A DNA stretch of 64,000 nucleotides from Eledone cirrhosa (Eukaryota). Under the pieces are notes generated by a model. That model ran no database searches and was not told where the DNA came from. It worked only from the letters and a program-made list of their open reading frames with translations. Within the stretch, counting starts at the first letter, position 1, and each line of letters opens with the position of its first letter. The DNA lies in assembly GCA_964016885.1 (NCBI GenBank), contig OZ024745.1, positions 101,122,001-101,186,000 on the forward strand, written 5' to 3'. Shown in pieces: positions 42,476 to 54,465 of the stretch. Position numbers and translations under genes: made by a program.

Positions 42476-42686
42476 AAATTCCTAGGGTTAATATATCGAG
42501 CTTCTTCGCATTTGGTAAGAAAAAGGTATTTTATACCCAATTTCTTCACATCCTATATATATAGTAATAATTGTTTCTACTTTTGGCACAAGGCCAGCAA
42601 TTACCCAGTGTATTACTGGTACTTTATTTTATCGACCCCATAAGGATGAAAGGCAAAGTTAACCTCGGCGGGATTTGAACTCAGAA

Positions 42687-42835
42687 TAGTAATAATAATA
42701 AATGTGAAGACTAAAATCCAAAGAGGGTTCGATAAGGATAAATATATATCAAATATATAAGAAGCGTAGAGCAAACATTTAAGGGTGACAGCAGCGATTC
42801 TTTGCTTAAACTTTAATCTGCAATTTTATTAAGTA
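42687..42835. mobile_element. Rearranged fragments of the 53-kb variant-HHR element
   Basis: 42687-42778 is the reverse complement of 53066-53153; 42780-42832 matches 53010-53062. Confidence 0.75.
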
Positions 42836-42942
42836 TATATAAATATATATATGTAAAAGTATATATATGTAAAAATATATATATGTAAAAATATATATAT
42901 ATGTAAAAATATATATATATGTAAAAATATATATATGTAAAA

Positions 42943-43376
42943 GTGTATATACTTATATTTAAGTAACAGCCGTACTAAGAGTGGGAAATGAAATTTCGTT
43001 TCATTTTTTTCCGTTTATCGTTTTCGGTGCACCCGGCCGATTAACCCACTCGGTATGCAAATTGGGCTACTCAGCCGTTAATATGCATAAGGTAAGTATA
43101 TACGTTCAACAATCTGGCAGGAAGGTATACGTTGCTGACGATAGCTAATAAGCTTGAAACTAGTCCAGCGTTCCTTTGTCAGTGTTGAACAAACGAGCAA
43201 CGATGGTTGCTAGACACTACGGCTTAATACGGGATGTTTGTTTACAAACACACCGAGCATTATAATAAATGTTCGGTGAATCCATACGTACATATATTTA
43301 TATGTGTGCATGTATGTATATATATATATACATACTACTGTACGTCTGTATACATATATGTATGTACGTGTACATA

Positions 43377-43382
<6 letters not shown>
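42943..43382 (+). mobile_element. Second monomer of the 431-bp retrozyme-like element; HHR at 43129-43171
   Basis: High identity to 40010-40452; acgttg CTGACGA..GAAA ctag TC cagcgt. Confidence 0.85.
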
Positions 43383-43426
<44 letters not shown>

Positions 43427-43427
<1 letters not shown>

Positions 43428-43808
43428 AGAAGTTATATTTAAATTGTTGCGATACAACAAGCAAATATTTTTATAACTGATATAAAGCACTCAACAAATA
43501 ATTGGAGTAAAAATACGATATTAACAAATGGAAACTATATTTATAAAACCATATTTATTTCATTATACATATTTCAAGGACACAAAGTTAAATTATGGTG
43601 TGCTTTCATCAGATAAAATATAATATAGAGCAGTTTTATAAATAAATATTGACATTCTTTAAGGGTATGTCAATATTTATTTATAAAACTGCTCTATATT
43701 ATATTTTATCTGATGAAAGCACACCATAATTTAACTTGGTGTCCTTGAAATATGTATAATGAAATAAATATGGTTTTATAAATATAGTTTCCATTTGTTA
43801 ATATCGTA
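43427..43808. mobile_element. Fold-back element of the 28-kb family with two HHRs
   Basis: Arms ~43515-43655 / 43667-43808; CTGATGA (43710) aagcacacca..tggtgtcctt GAAA tatgta TA. Confidence 0.82.
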
Positions 43809-44112
43809 TAAATATATATATATATATATATTAGGATTGATGCTCTGAAATAGCGATGTATACATGAATGTATGTATAGTATATTTGGCAATATACTGTA
43901 TGTTTAATTAAAAACATTTTGAAGACCTTGCGCTATTATTTTTAAAGTAGCGAATATGTCACTTCTTTTTTCGGCAGAGGAAGGGAGAGAAGCTGACACA
44001 TTCTGTTTCACACTGCTGGTGTTCCTCAGAGCAATGTACTCCCCACCTCTGACGAAAATTATAGAGTTTGGATTCTTATGGAATTCCAGTAATAATCAAG
44101 AACTGATTATAC

Positions 44113-44137
<25 letters not shown>

Positions 44138-44146
<9 letters not shown>

Positions 44147-44378
44147 AAAAAGAGATGAAATCGAAAATGCAACTGGAGTCTTATTTTTTTTTTAAATATA
44201 TATATTTATTTGGTTCCTTTACCGGTTTCCTTTACCGGTAAAGGAAGCAAATAAATATATATATTTAAAAAAAAAATAAGACTCCAGTTGCATTTTCGAT
44301 TTCATCTCTTTTTCTTTATACTTTCACTCGTGTAGGACACCTCGGTTATTTTTCATTTTGTAAAAAAACCCTCACTTT

Positions 44379-44385
<7 letters not shown>
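44138..44385. mobile_element. Near-perfect fold-back in (TA)n whose arms begin at a hammerhead stem-III-like GAAACCGGTA
   Basis: 44140-44226 / 44235-44320 inverted; centre cctttaccggtttcctttaccggtaaagg. Confidence 0.7.
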
Positions 44386-44468
<83 letters not shown>

Positions 44469-45097
44469 TATGTATATAAGCAGAAGGGATATTCAATTTG
44501 TTGGTAATTCAACAAATATAAATATTTATAACTGATTTAGAGCACTCAACAGTAAACTGGAGTATAATATACATTGATATGAAATTAATTTTTGGTACGC
44601 TCTCATCAGATAAAATATAATATAAAAGTTGTTTTACATATAGTGACATATTCAAAACAAGAACATATCGCTTTTAGTTCGAAACGGCTTGAGCTCTGCC
44701 GTCGGGGTTAAACATTTTCATAAATATATTATATATATATATATATATCCAGGGGGTGTAACTTGGAGTTACTGCAGGTTCACGCGGGAGAGCACTCGAT
44801 GTTTAGGTTCACTTCTGTGATGAGGTGTAGAGCTATACAGAGTGTTAAATATAGAAAGGATAAAAAGGACGATTGATTACTCCTTCATTGCATTTATTGG
44901 TAGGTGACGCGCGTTTCGCCACTGATCAGCTCAAGGTTCGATCTGTATCGATTCTACCCGACTCAATAATCGGCAGCTCGACGGACCCTTTAAAATGCTA
45001 TAAGAAAATGAAATACATGCTATGTGGTAAAGACAGAAGTTCAAGAGTTTGACAAAATGAGTTGTTTTGATTGGTGGGAAGTATCAAAGGGATGTAC

Positions 45098-45365
45098 TGG
45101 CCTGTAGTGTATGTGGGGGTGGATGTGATGATAAGATGGTGGTGACGTCGCTGGCTGCGATGGGCTGTGGGGTGGTGGTGGCGGGTTGGCTTTGGCCTGT
45201 AGTGTATGTGGGGGTGGATGTGATGATAAGATGGTGGTGACGTCGCTGACTGCGATGGGCTGTGGTGTGGTGGTGGCGGGTTGGCTTTGGCCTGTAGTGT
45301 ATGTGGGGGTGGATGTGATGATAAGATGTTGGTGACGTCACTGGCTGGGATGGGCTGTGGTGTGA
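45098..45365 (+). repeat. 95-bp tandem repeat (~2.8 units), G/T-rich
   Basis: cctgtagtgtatgtggggg at 45101, 45196, 45291. Confidence 0.9.
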
Positions 45366-45538
45366 GGTTAGTGGGTTGTCGGTAGATGGGTTGGCGTGTG
45401 TGGGGGTGGTTGTGGTGTTGTTGTTTATGGTAGTGGCGTTTGTGGTGGTGTGGTGGCTGTGTTGGTGGTGTCGAGTCCATGGGGAGATACATACCTAGAC
45501 ACTCTTAATCTGACAAATACGTTGTATATATGTATATA

Positions 45539-46060
45539 TATTGTTATACTTTGGGAGGGTCATGTTGCCAATAAGAAACACACGCACCAGTTGCTTTCAC
45601 TTCAATTTATTATAAATTAAATTAATAAATTTAGGAATTTATAAATTTCCGGTTGGTTGGTTCCACAACCAGATGGTTGTTTATATATTGTCAAAGTTCT
45701 TTCATCACACATTCTGTGACCTCTTCAGTGACTGGGGATTATTTTCTTGGTTTTTTGTGCCTCTCCTTTGTTCTTTCCTACGCCATCTTGTTTGAAAAGA
45801 ATCCCCAGTCACTGAAGAGGTCACAGAATGTGTGACGAAAGAACTTTGACAATATATAAACAACCATCTGGTTGTGGAACCAACCAACCAACCGGAAATT
45901 TATAAATTCCTAAATTTATAAACTTATAATAATAAATTGAAGTGAAATCAACTGGTGCGTGTGTTTCTTATTGGCAACATGACCCTCCCAAAGTATAACA
46001 ATATCGGTTTCAACACACGTTTTCAGATAAAGAATCTTGCTAAACAAATTCAGAAACGAA
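45539..46060. mobile_element. Fold-back pLTR-like element with a hammerhead in each arm; relative of the PLE copy-1 pLTR
   Basis: Arms 45539-45740 / 45800-46003; gtca CTGAAGA g gtcaca gaatg tgtgac GAAA gaactt tgac (45808-45850); shares the tail atgaccctccc.aagtataaca. Confidence 0.85.
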
Positions 46061-46455
46061 ATATATATATATATACATATATGTATACAGCGCATACATA
46101 CTGATATATATACACACGAACACGCCTACATACACACACACACACCCGCGCCCACACATACCCACACACACATATATATCCATATGCATATATACACACA
46201 TGTATGTGCATGCGCGCGTGTGGATATATATAGGGAGAGTGGGGGAGTATCGGTGGGGGTGGTGTAGGACAAAGATGGAGGGAAGGTGAGAGCCAATGGA
46301 GATGGTGTTATACATATAGACATACACATACATACACACATACACACATACGGATATGCGCACAAACACGTACACACACGTATACATAAACATACACACA
46401 CATACGTATACACACACATACACACACACATTCACATACATGCATATATACACAC

Positions 46456-46492
<37 letters not shown>

Positions 46493-47339
46493 CATATATA
46501 TGCATACACGCACGTATATGTAAACAATACTTACACACAGACATACACACTTGCGTTGGTTCGAGAGGGGAGGTATGTGTTGGCAGTGTTGATGAAGTAT
46601 GGAGTTGTGTCTTGTGGTGGTGGTGGTGTTGGTGGTGGAGTTGTGAGCGACAAAATTATACAGGATCGAATAGTACGATGGGTTACAGGTTAAAAGGTGA
46701 CATAGGGAACGCGGGGGAAAAGAGTTTATGGACGTATAGCGATGTGTGTTGTGGTCATGGTGGTGGTGGTGGTGGTGCTGGGGTGATATGTTCGACATAA
46801 TGATTACATGATCAGAAGTTACGGTGGGTTACAGGTAAGGCAGACGGGGGGCGGATATAACACAGTCGATCTGGGCGTGAGGGATGATATGTGTTGATGA
46901 TGTTAATGATGTTAATGATTGTTGAAGTATATGGATGTGTCTAGTGGTGGCGGTGGTGGTGTGTGCGCGTGACAGTACATTTACAGGGTCGAATTTAGCG
47001 TGGGGTTGGAGGTTAGGGTAGACAGATGGAACATGGGAGATAAGGTTGCGGGTGTGGATGGTAGACATATGACGATGTGTGGTGGTGGTGGCGATGGTGT
47101 GATGTGATCGACATTGTATTTACAGAATCAGATGTTACTATGGTTTGCAAGGTAAAACCTGACAGAGAGGACAGATAGAACACAATGTTGCAAAGATGAG
47201 GAGTGTATGGCGATGTGATTTTTGGTGGGGGTGATGTATGCGGCATGATATACAAAATACGGGCTTACAAATGGTTACATGCAATACAATAAAATAAATT
47301 CGCTGAGATGGGCGATGGTGAGGCGGGGTAGAGGTGGTT

Positions 47340-47620
47340 ATTATTTTGCTGGATCATGGTTAGTGCGCAGCCCTCCCCCGAATGTTTGTGCGGAAAAAGT
47401 GTTCAGCCTGGTGTGTCTGCAATTGACAATTATGTCCGACCTATAGTTTATGAGAGATTTTAATTTAATTATTTCCGCCGCCTCAGCCAAGCTTAACCTG
47501 CAGTGGTTTCTGTCACTGGGGAGTTGTGCCACGCGTCTTTTCACAGACCACGAGATCTGGGGTTCGATATTCCTGTCCTTGAGGTCAAATCGGCCAGTCT
47601 GGTTTGGGATCGTTTCAGCC
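47340..47620 (-). mobile_element. PLE GIY-YIG C-terminal fragment; its C/A-rich 3' region probably extends to ~46550
   Basis: [15 protein letters not shown]...HCRLSLAEAAEII...INYRSDIIVNCRH matches the LKD...I.W...C.LCL.EK...LN.RSE....CRH tail of invertebrate PLEs; abuts (TA)n. Confidence 0.65.
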
Positions 47621-47763
<143 letters not shown>

Positions 47764-47841
47764 CATTCTATTTACATACAACTCATAACATTATGTTCAT
47801 ATGTTCATATGTAGATATGTCACTTCTGTAAACCAATTTTT

Positions 47842-47900
47842 CTATTTTATCTGATGAGTGCGTACCAAAATACTGGTACCCTTGAAATATATATAATAGA
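47842..47900 (+). ncRNA. Minimal hammerhead (28-kb family relative)
   Basis: ttttat CTGATGA gtgc gtacca aaatac tggtac cctt GAAA tatata TA atagaa. Confidence 0.7.
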
Positions 47901-47934
47901 ATAAATATGGTTTTATAAAGATCGTTTCCATATA

Positions 47935-47962
<28 letters not shown>

Positions 47963-47965
<3 letters not shown>

Positions 47966-50874
47966 GTACCACTGATGATGTTGCAGATGTGCAACGAAAG
48001 AACTTTGTTATACTATATATATATTTATATCTGTATTTTTTTACCGTTGGTCAGTCAATGATAAAAATTGATGGCCAAATGAATTAACTATGGAGATATA
48101 AAAGATGCAGAAGCGAAAACCAAACAAATAGTGAGTGTGTTCTGTCATTATTTCTGGCAATAGTATTACAACAATATGACCCTCCCCAGAAATAATGACA
48201 GAACACACTCACTGTTTGTTTGGTTTTCGCTTCTGCATCTTTTATATCTCCATAGTTAATTCATTTGGCCATCAATTTTTATCATTGACTGACCAACGGT
48301 AAAAAAATACAGATATAAATATATATATAGTATAACAAAGTTCTTTCGTTGCACATCTGCAACATCATCAGTGGTACTATTATCATGTTTCCTACTATTG
48401 TGTGGTGTTTACGCCATTTTTATTTTACGCGTTTGTGTGTGTGTATAGTGTTTGGCGTGTGTGTTCGCGTTTGGGTGTATGTGTTTTGGTTTTTGTATTC
48501 TATCTCTGTTTATTAGTCTGTGTTTATATGTGTTTGTTGTTATTGTACTTGTGTATATATTTATTTATTTATTTATATTTCTCTTAAGTCAGTATTGTTT
48601 GTTTGGGTATGGTTGTTGTTGTTATTCCATTCATTTTTTCTGTTTAGCTTTGGCTTTCTAAGCTCTATTTCACTTGCTTCTCTGATTTGTCTACCTGTTG
48701 GGTCATTTCTATGTTTAGATATTATTTTAATTTATATGTTGTCTATGTTACCGTCATGTTGTTGTCTGGCATGTTCGTATAGTACTGAACCGATTTTTGT
48801 CCTTTTAATTCTCCCAGGGTTGGTCTATTCTTTCTCCTATGCTTCGAGCTGTCTCACCTATGTATGTCGTTGTCATGTTTCTGCAGGTACCCTCTTACAT
48901 CTTATGCTATAGACTACATTTCTAGTTTTACAGTTTATCTGGGGATTTACTTTAGATATAACACATTTTTTATTAGTGCAGTAGGTTTTCTTAAAGGGGT
49001 ATGTTTTTCTGATCAGGGATTTTATGGTAGTTCTTGGCTTTTCTACCACATTATACTTTAAGTGGGTCTTTCTCGGGGCCTTTCTACATTGGTTAGCTAA
49101 TTTCCCTCCAGGAGTAGCATCCACGAAGATGACACTGTTGTATCTCTGGTTGTCGTACCATGAGGTGGCTTTCCCTATCTTATGTTTAGTCCTATCTAAG
49201 TTATTCCATGAGTTGCTCTTTTATAATGGGCAAATTCCTTTCATGTCCAGTTCTATGAGCGTCTTATACTTCTCCGTGGCTCCTTTGTATACTCTGATTC
49301 TGTCTCTTTCGTTGTAGCCAGAGAACTGCATGCGGTTGATGAAGTGTTGGATGTGTCTTTCCATTTCTGTTGGGTCGCACATGCGGGACACGTTCTTCAT
49401 CACTCGTACCAAGTCTGCGATCAGAATATTAAACTTAGCACTACTGGACATTGCTGAGTTTTTGAGTATCAGGTATTTGGAGGCCATGGGTTTAGCATAG
49501 TGTGAGTGGAGAATTTGGGCCCTCTCGTCTATAGTGTTAATCCAGAGTTCCGTGTCTAATACAGGTAGTCTATTGTTAGGGTGTTTGGAAGGGTAGTCAA
49601 CAGTTACAGTTATACTCTGGTGTATGGAGTTAGCTATCTGCTGGATGCTTTCCATTGTGCTATATTCTAAATCATGTTCGTTAGTACTCTGTTGTAGGGG
49701 TGTCGTTATTGCTATATTAATATCGTCTACGTAACGAGTGTACACGATGAGGTCTATGGAGCTCTCTTCAAGAAGATCTTTGAGTCTCCTTTCCCACCAT
49801 ACCATAAAAAGATTGGCAACATCTATGCTGACGCCAATGGCTGCTCTCTCATTTTGGGTGTAGATCTTTTCATTGAATTTGAATATATGGCCCTTTAGGG
49901 TAGTTTTAATACTAGCCCCTATTGCATGTGCGACCATTTTTTCCACCTAATCATTGTTTTGGGGTGTCCCTATAGCTTTGGGAGTCTTTGGGAGTCTTTT
50001 TTTTTGGGAGTCTTTTTTACCATTGAGGTTGTACCTCTTATGGGTTTACTGGGGCATAAACGGCTAAGGTCATGGCTATCTAGGTACTCGGTGTCATAAG
50101 TAAGTCTAAGTAGGAGGCCCAGTTCGTCTGTGTCGACGTCGCATAACTCCACCTCACTCTCACTGATCATTTCCACACATTTTTCCACAGCAAAGTCAAT
50201 GTTAATGGATGGGTACAGTGATACCACGTCCATACTGCCTATTATGCAGTTGGATAGGTTTTTGTTTTTGTTGCACTCACTCATTCTGCTGAGGAGGTCC
50301 TCTGTTCTGTCACATACATCTGGGGACATTTTAATCATGAGGAATATAATCATTGAGAGGAAGTAGGAGATCCTGTAGTTGCTAGCGATATTGGCTCCGC
50401 ATACAGGTCTTGTTGCTGTCGTCGTGTCGTCGACTGACTTATGGTCTTTGCGGAGCCCATACAAGGGTGGTATGTCATTGTTAGACGCCTGGAAGTTGTT
50501 GGCAGTGCGTCTGCTTGGCTTTAGGATGTCGGTCCACATCATCATGTGAGCGTTGAGGATCTTCTCTCTCCCCCCATGTGTTTGTTGTATAGTTTCGCTC
50601 GTGTTGGGGTTGCATAACCTTGATATAATTCGGCATGCTGTCTACCGTCATCCTACCAGGTTTATCTGTGGGTAGACTCACTACCTCACCATCCCCTGTG
50701 CGCTGCTTGAGGCTAACTAAGCCTTCTATAGGTTTCCTTCCAAGTTGTTGGATTTCTGGTCTGCTTTGTCGCTTAGTATATCGGTCTACTAATTGTCTAC
50801 GTTTATTGCTAGCTATGGTGAACTGTGCCTCTGTTTCGTCATCTATTTTTTGTGGTATATAAAAAACCTCGCAA

Positions 50875-50878
<4 letters not shown>
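47963..50878 (-). mobile_element. Penelope-like retroelement copy 2 (same family as copy 1), 5'-truncated, with a tail-to-tail inverted pLTR and two HHRs (47963-48015 plus, 48327-48380 minus)
   Basis: ORF pieces 49970-50545, 49221-49946 (YTRYVDD), 48873-49124 (NVVYSIRC); 47963-48158 inverted at 48186-48380; (TA)n on both sides. Confidence 0.93.
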
Positions 50879-50928
<50 letters not shown>

Positions 50929-50993
50929 CACACAATCGGTACAGTATATGGAAGGAATATATTAGGTTAACATTTGAAATAGCAGGAAGAGGG

Positions 50994-51029
50994 TCTTAAC
51001 GTTTCGGACGCTAGTCCTTCATCAGAAGA
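50994..51029 (-). ncRNA. Minimal hammerhead ribozyme
   Basis: Minus strand: tctt CTGATGA a ggac tagc gtcc GAAA cg TT aaga. Confidence 0.85.
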
Positions 51030-51654
51030 AAGAATAAGAAATAAGATAGATTTAGGGACGGGCAGGTAGGAATTGGAAAAAATGTGTTTAGATAAAAATA
51101 ACAGGTCCATCATGTTCACATAATTTTGAGTAAATGTGAGGTTTCTAATTGCGTGCTGTTCTTGTTTAAGGCTGGTGGGTGTAGTGATGTTTTAGTTCCA
51201 TATGCAAACATGCAACAAAGCAAATGAACAATAGCAATACAAATGAAACAGACCTTTCAGTGGACTGTGGTCATACTGGAGCAATGTCTTGAAGATTTTC
51301 GCCGATCATATCGATCCCATTTTGCCAAACTATAACGTTACGAGACAAATGTAACAATACACACACTTATTTACCCCATTCATTCCACAAACTCACTCCG
51401 TAACGAGATATTCAACCCATACCTTAGTATCTGGGCGCAAATAAACGAGTGGTAATGAACTGTAACTACAATGAAATACATGCACCCATCACTCTTACCC
51501 TGTGGCTCAAGTAGTTGTGACATGATCACAGCTTAAATACTCACAGTGTGACTAAATGTACTTTTATTATACGTAAACATATTATACAGGGTTTCGGATA
51601 CGCCTTTATTCTGAATATATTTAATCAAAAGCTTTGGAGCATATTTGTTTGAAT

Positions 51655-52060
51655 ATTTCTACCATCCCTGTGTCCGAAATGGGGTTCCTCCAAAGGTTCT
51701 TTGGAGTAATGTTACTCGAAGAAGTGCGTAGCTCGGAGATGAGAGAGTCATTCCAGGTAGAGCCGCTATTTCTCCGAATTGAGAGATCACAGCTCCGATA
51801 CTATGGGGACGTGGTTAGAATGTCTCAGGAAAGAATCGCTGGACAAATTTTACGGGCAAAACCAACAGGTAGGAGACCCAGGGGTAGACTCCGAGCAAGA
51901 TGGTTGGATAACATCCATGAGCTTGGCTAGTCTCACTTGGAGATGCAGCTGAATCAGTTGGAGACTGTTGCTTCTGACAGGAGCCGCTGTAAGGAGCGTT
52001 TGAGGACTCTTCCCTCACGACTCTCACAGTAATAAATGGGCGAAGAAGAAGAAGAAGAAA
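51655..52060 (+). mobile_element. RTE-clade LINE 3' end with a (GAA)n tail
   Basis: SEMGFLQR...VRSSEMRE..VEPL.LRIERSQLRYYG.VVRM...PTGRRPRGR.R.RWLD. Confidence 0.85.
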
Positions 52061-52762
52061 AAGGTCATCATTTACAGGAAAATTAATGGGACAACATTTC
52101 AAATTTCTTAAATACATAACTTCCTCTAATCGTTAAACAATTTATGGATATCCTTCAGTTTTGATTAATGTTTCTTTAAAGCAAATACTGATATAAAAAT
52201 AGGATTTAAAGCACACTGTTCAATGTAATTTCTAATATAATGTGTAAATATTTATATTTAAAATATACACACAGTTTCCATGTGCGTAAAATGAATATAT
52301 ATATATAGAGAGAGAGAGTTTGCACGTCGTTATTCGTTATTCCAACTACGGAAGGTAACTTAAGACATGCAACAACTTTATTGCAACAGCTTTAAGTGTG
52401 GCCTTGACATTAATTGTTGAAATATTAGTAACAAAACACTAACCACACAGGACTGACATTAATCTGACAATAAAGACGGCACAAGATGGGTTCTTTGTGG
52501 TGACACACTGGTTCATTCGGGAACAAGTTTCTGTTACCTTTTGCGCATTTACACCGACCCCGGTGGGTCAAAATCACTCTCGTTAGTTTCCGCTAATGCA
52601 CAGGCAAGTGTCGTAGAAGTCACATATATCTTCCATCGGTGAACGGGCCCTTGAGGCCTGTTCTAAAGTTTATCTTTCTTACAACTCTTCGAAAGTGAGT
52701 ATTGAATAATATTTTCTCTCGGCGGTCAGCTACACGTACACACACACACATATATATATATA

Positions 52763-53155
52763 TATTTATTAAAATAACAGATTAAAGTTTAAGCAAAGAA
52801 TCGCTTTATACCATAAACGTGGTTCTGTCTTTGCGCGTAATTGTTTTTCACCGCTCCTATTAATGACGTATTATTCTTTCCCGTTCTTTGCCAGCGAACG
52901 TTACCACGAACCAAAGTATCGTCTTCCTGCCTTCCTCCGGTTGCAACGTTTTTTGAAATATCCAGTTCTGCGTTTACAGATTGACTTTGTTAGTTTCAGA
53001 AGATCCCGTTAAGGGTGAAAGCAGCGATTCTTTGCTTAAACTTTAATTTGTTATTTTAATAAATATTTGCTCTACGGTTCTTATATATTTTATATATATT
53101 TATCCTTATCGAGCCCTCTTTGAATTTTAGTCTTCAAATTTATTATTATTACTAT
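52763..53155 (+). mobile_element. (TA)n-flanked element with a short 5' inversion and a variant hammerhead (52992-53042)
   Basis: 52763-52805 inverted at 53023-53066; agttt CAGAAGA..GAAA gca..tgc TT aaact. Confidence 0.72.
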
Positions 53156-54266
53156 ATATATATATATATGGGGGGGGGGGGGTCGAGTCATTTAATCCAA
53201 CAGTAATATGACTTTTTTCCACCGAGCCATGTCCAAACATTTATGTTCTCCGCAAACCACCAGCACCACCATCATATCATCAACAATGGTTTCTTATTTA
53301 GGCGCACCGAAGGATGAAAGGCAAAGTTGACTTCGACGGGATTTGAAATCACAACTTACTGCAAAATATTTTGTCTGACACGTTAAAGATTCTGCCAATC
53401 AGCCACCCAAGTTACTTAATAATAAACTTGACTGGTGAATATGTTTTTATTGGTAACATAACACTCCTAAGGTTTAACAATATCTATTTCGACACACTAT
53501 TTCACAATACAAAAACGAAGTATTAAATAAATGAAACAGCTACGAATACATACTGAGAATCTTTGGTCTTTATTGTGCCCACATTTTAGATATATAGTTG
53601 TATTACTTTCATGATGCACCTTTTTGGGGGAACAACTCACTTCAGTTATTACTAGGAATTGTACTTCATCATGGTACCTGTGTATATATAACAATATTTG
53701 CGACTTATATATCTTTTAGACTGTAATACACTGCAGCACTCGTCACTGACTAAAATCTTTGTTCTTCTTTCAGTCAACATTCCAGTCCCTTACTTACTCG
53801 ACCAAGTAATAGCTTTCAAAGCTATTTTATGCTTTGTTTGTAAGAAAGCTTGCTCCCCTTGTCGCTCTGAAGACTAAGATTTTATGAGAATTCTGCAGGA
53901 TAACATATGTCAAGCAATGACTATAAAAATAGGATGTTGTAGAACAACATGTATCAGTAACTAGGAAGTCAATGGAAGTATAATAAAAGTCGTACACCGT
54001 GAGGAGATAAGAATTGTAACTTTTAGAAGAGTTCTTTTCGTCGAAAATATTAAAATTCTGTTTTCGCTTTTTTGTTTTTGCTGTTTTTTTATTCACAGCA
54101 CTCGAGTATATTCTGTTTTGAATACTTTATTGGACTAGTTTTTACTGACACTTATAACTGCTCGAATTTTAGATGTATAACTCTACGCTTTCCCTGATCA
54201 AGCATACCTATGATCCAAGGTTTACGGTCTTGGCCATCTCGTCTTTTTTATTTCTTTTTCATATAG

Positions 54267-54465
54267 AAGAGCTCAGAGGTGTTTGTCTAGGCAAACATTG
54301 AATTGGAACCAAAAAGTGGAAAAGGAAGCCATGACGCCTGGGTATCATTACCCAGCAGTGCTCAGCAGAAGAATTGAAGATAACGGGAATTATATGGAAC
54401 CAAGTGAAAAGAAAAGCATGGAACAGAGAGTGTTTTCCGCCAATAATTCACAAAGGCCAAGATGA
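54267..54465 (+). CDS. Possible terminal coding exon of an unknown gene
   Basis: Polypyrimidine acceptor tttttatttcttttcatatag| followed by an open ~65-codon frame RAQRCLSRQ...SQRPR*; no recognisable homology. Confidence 0.2.
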
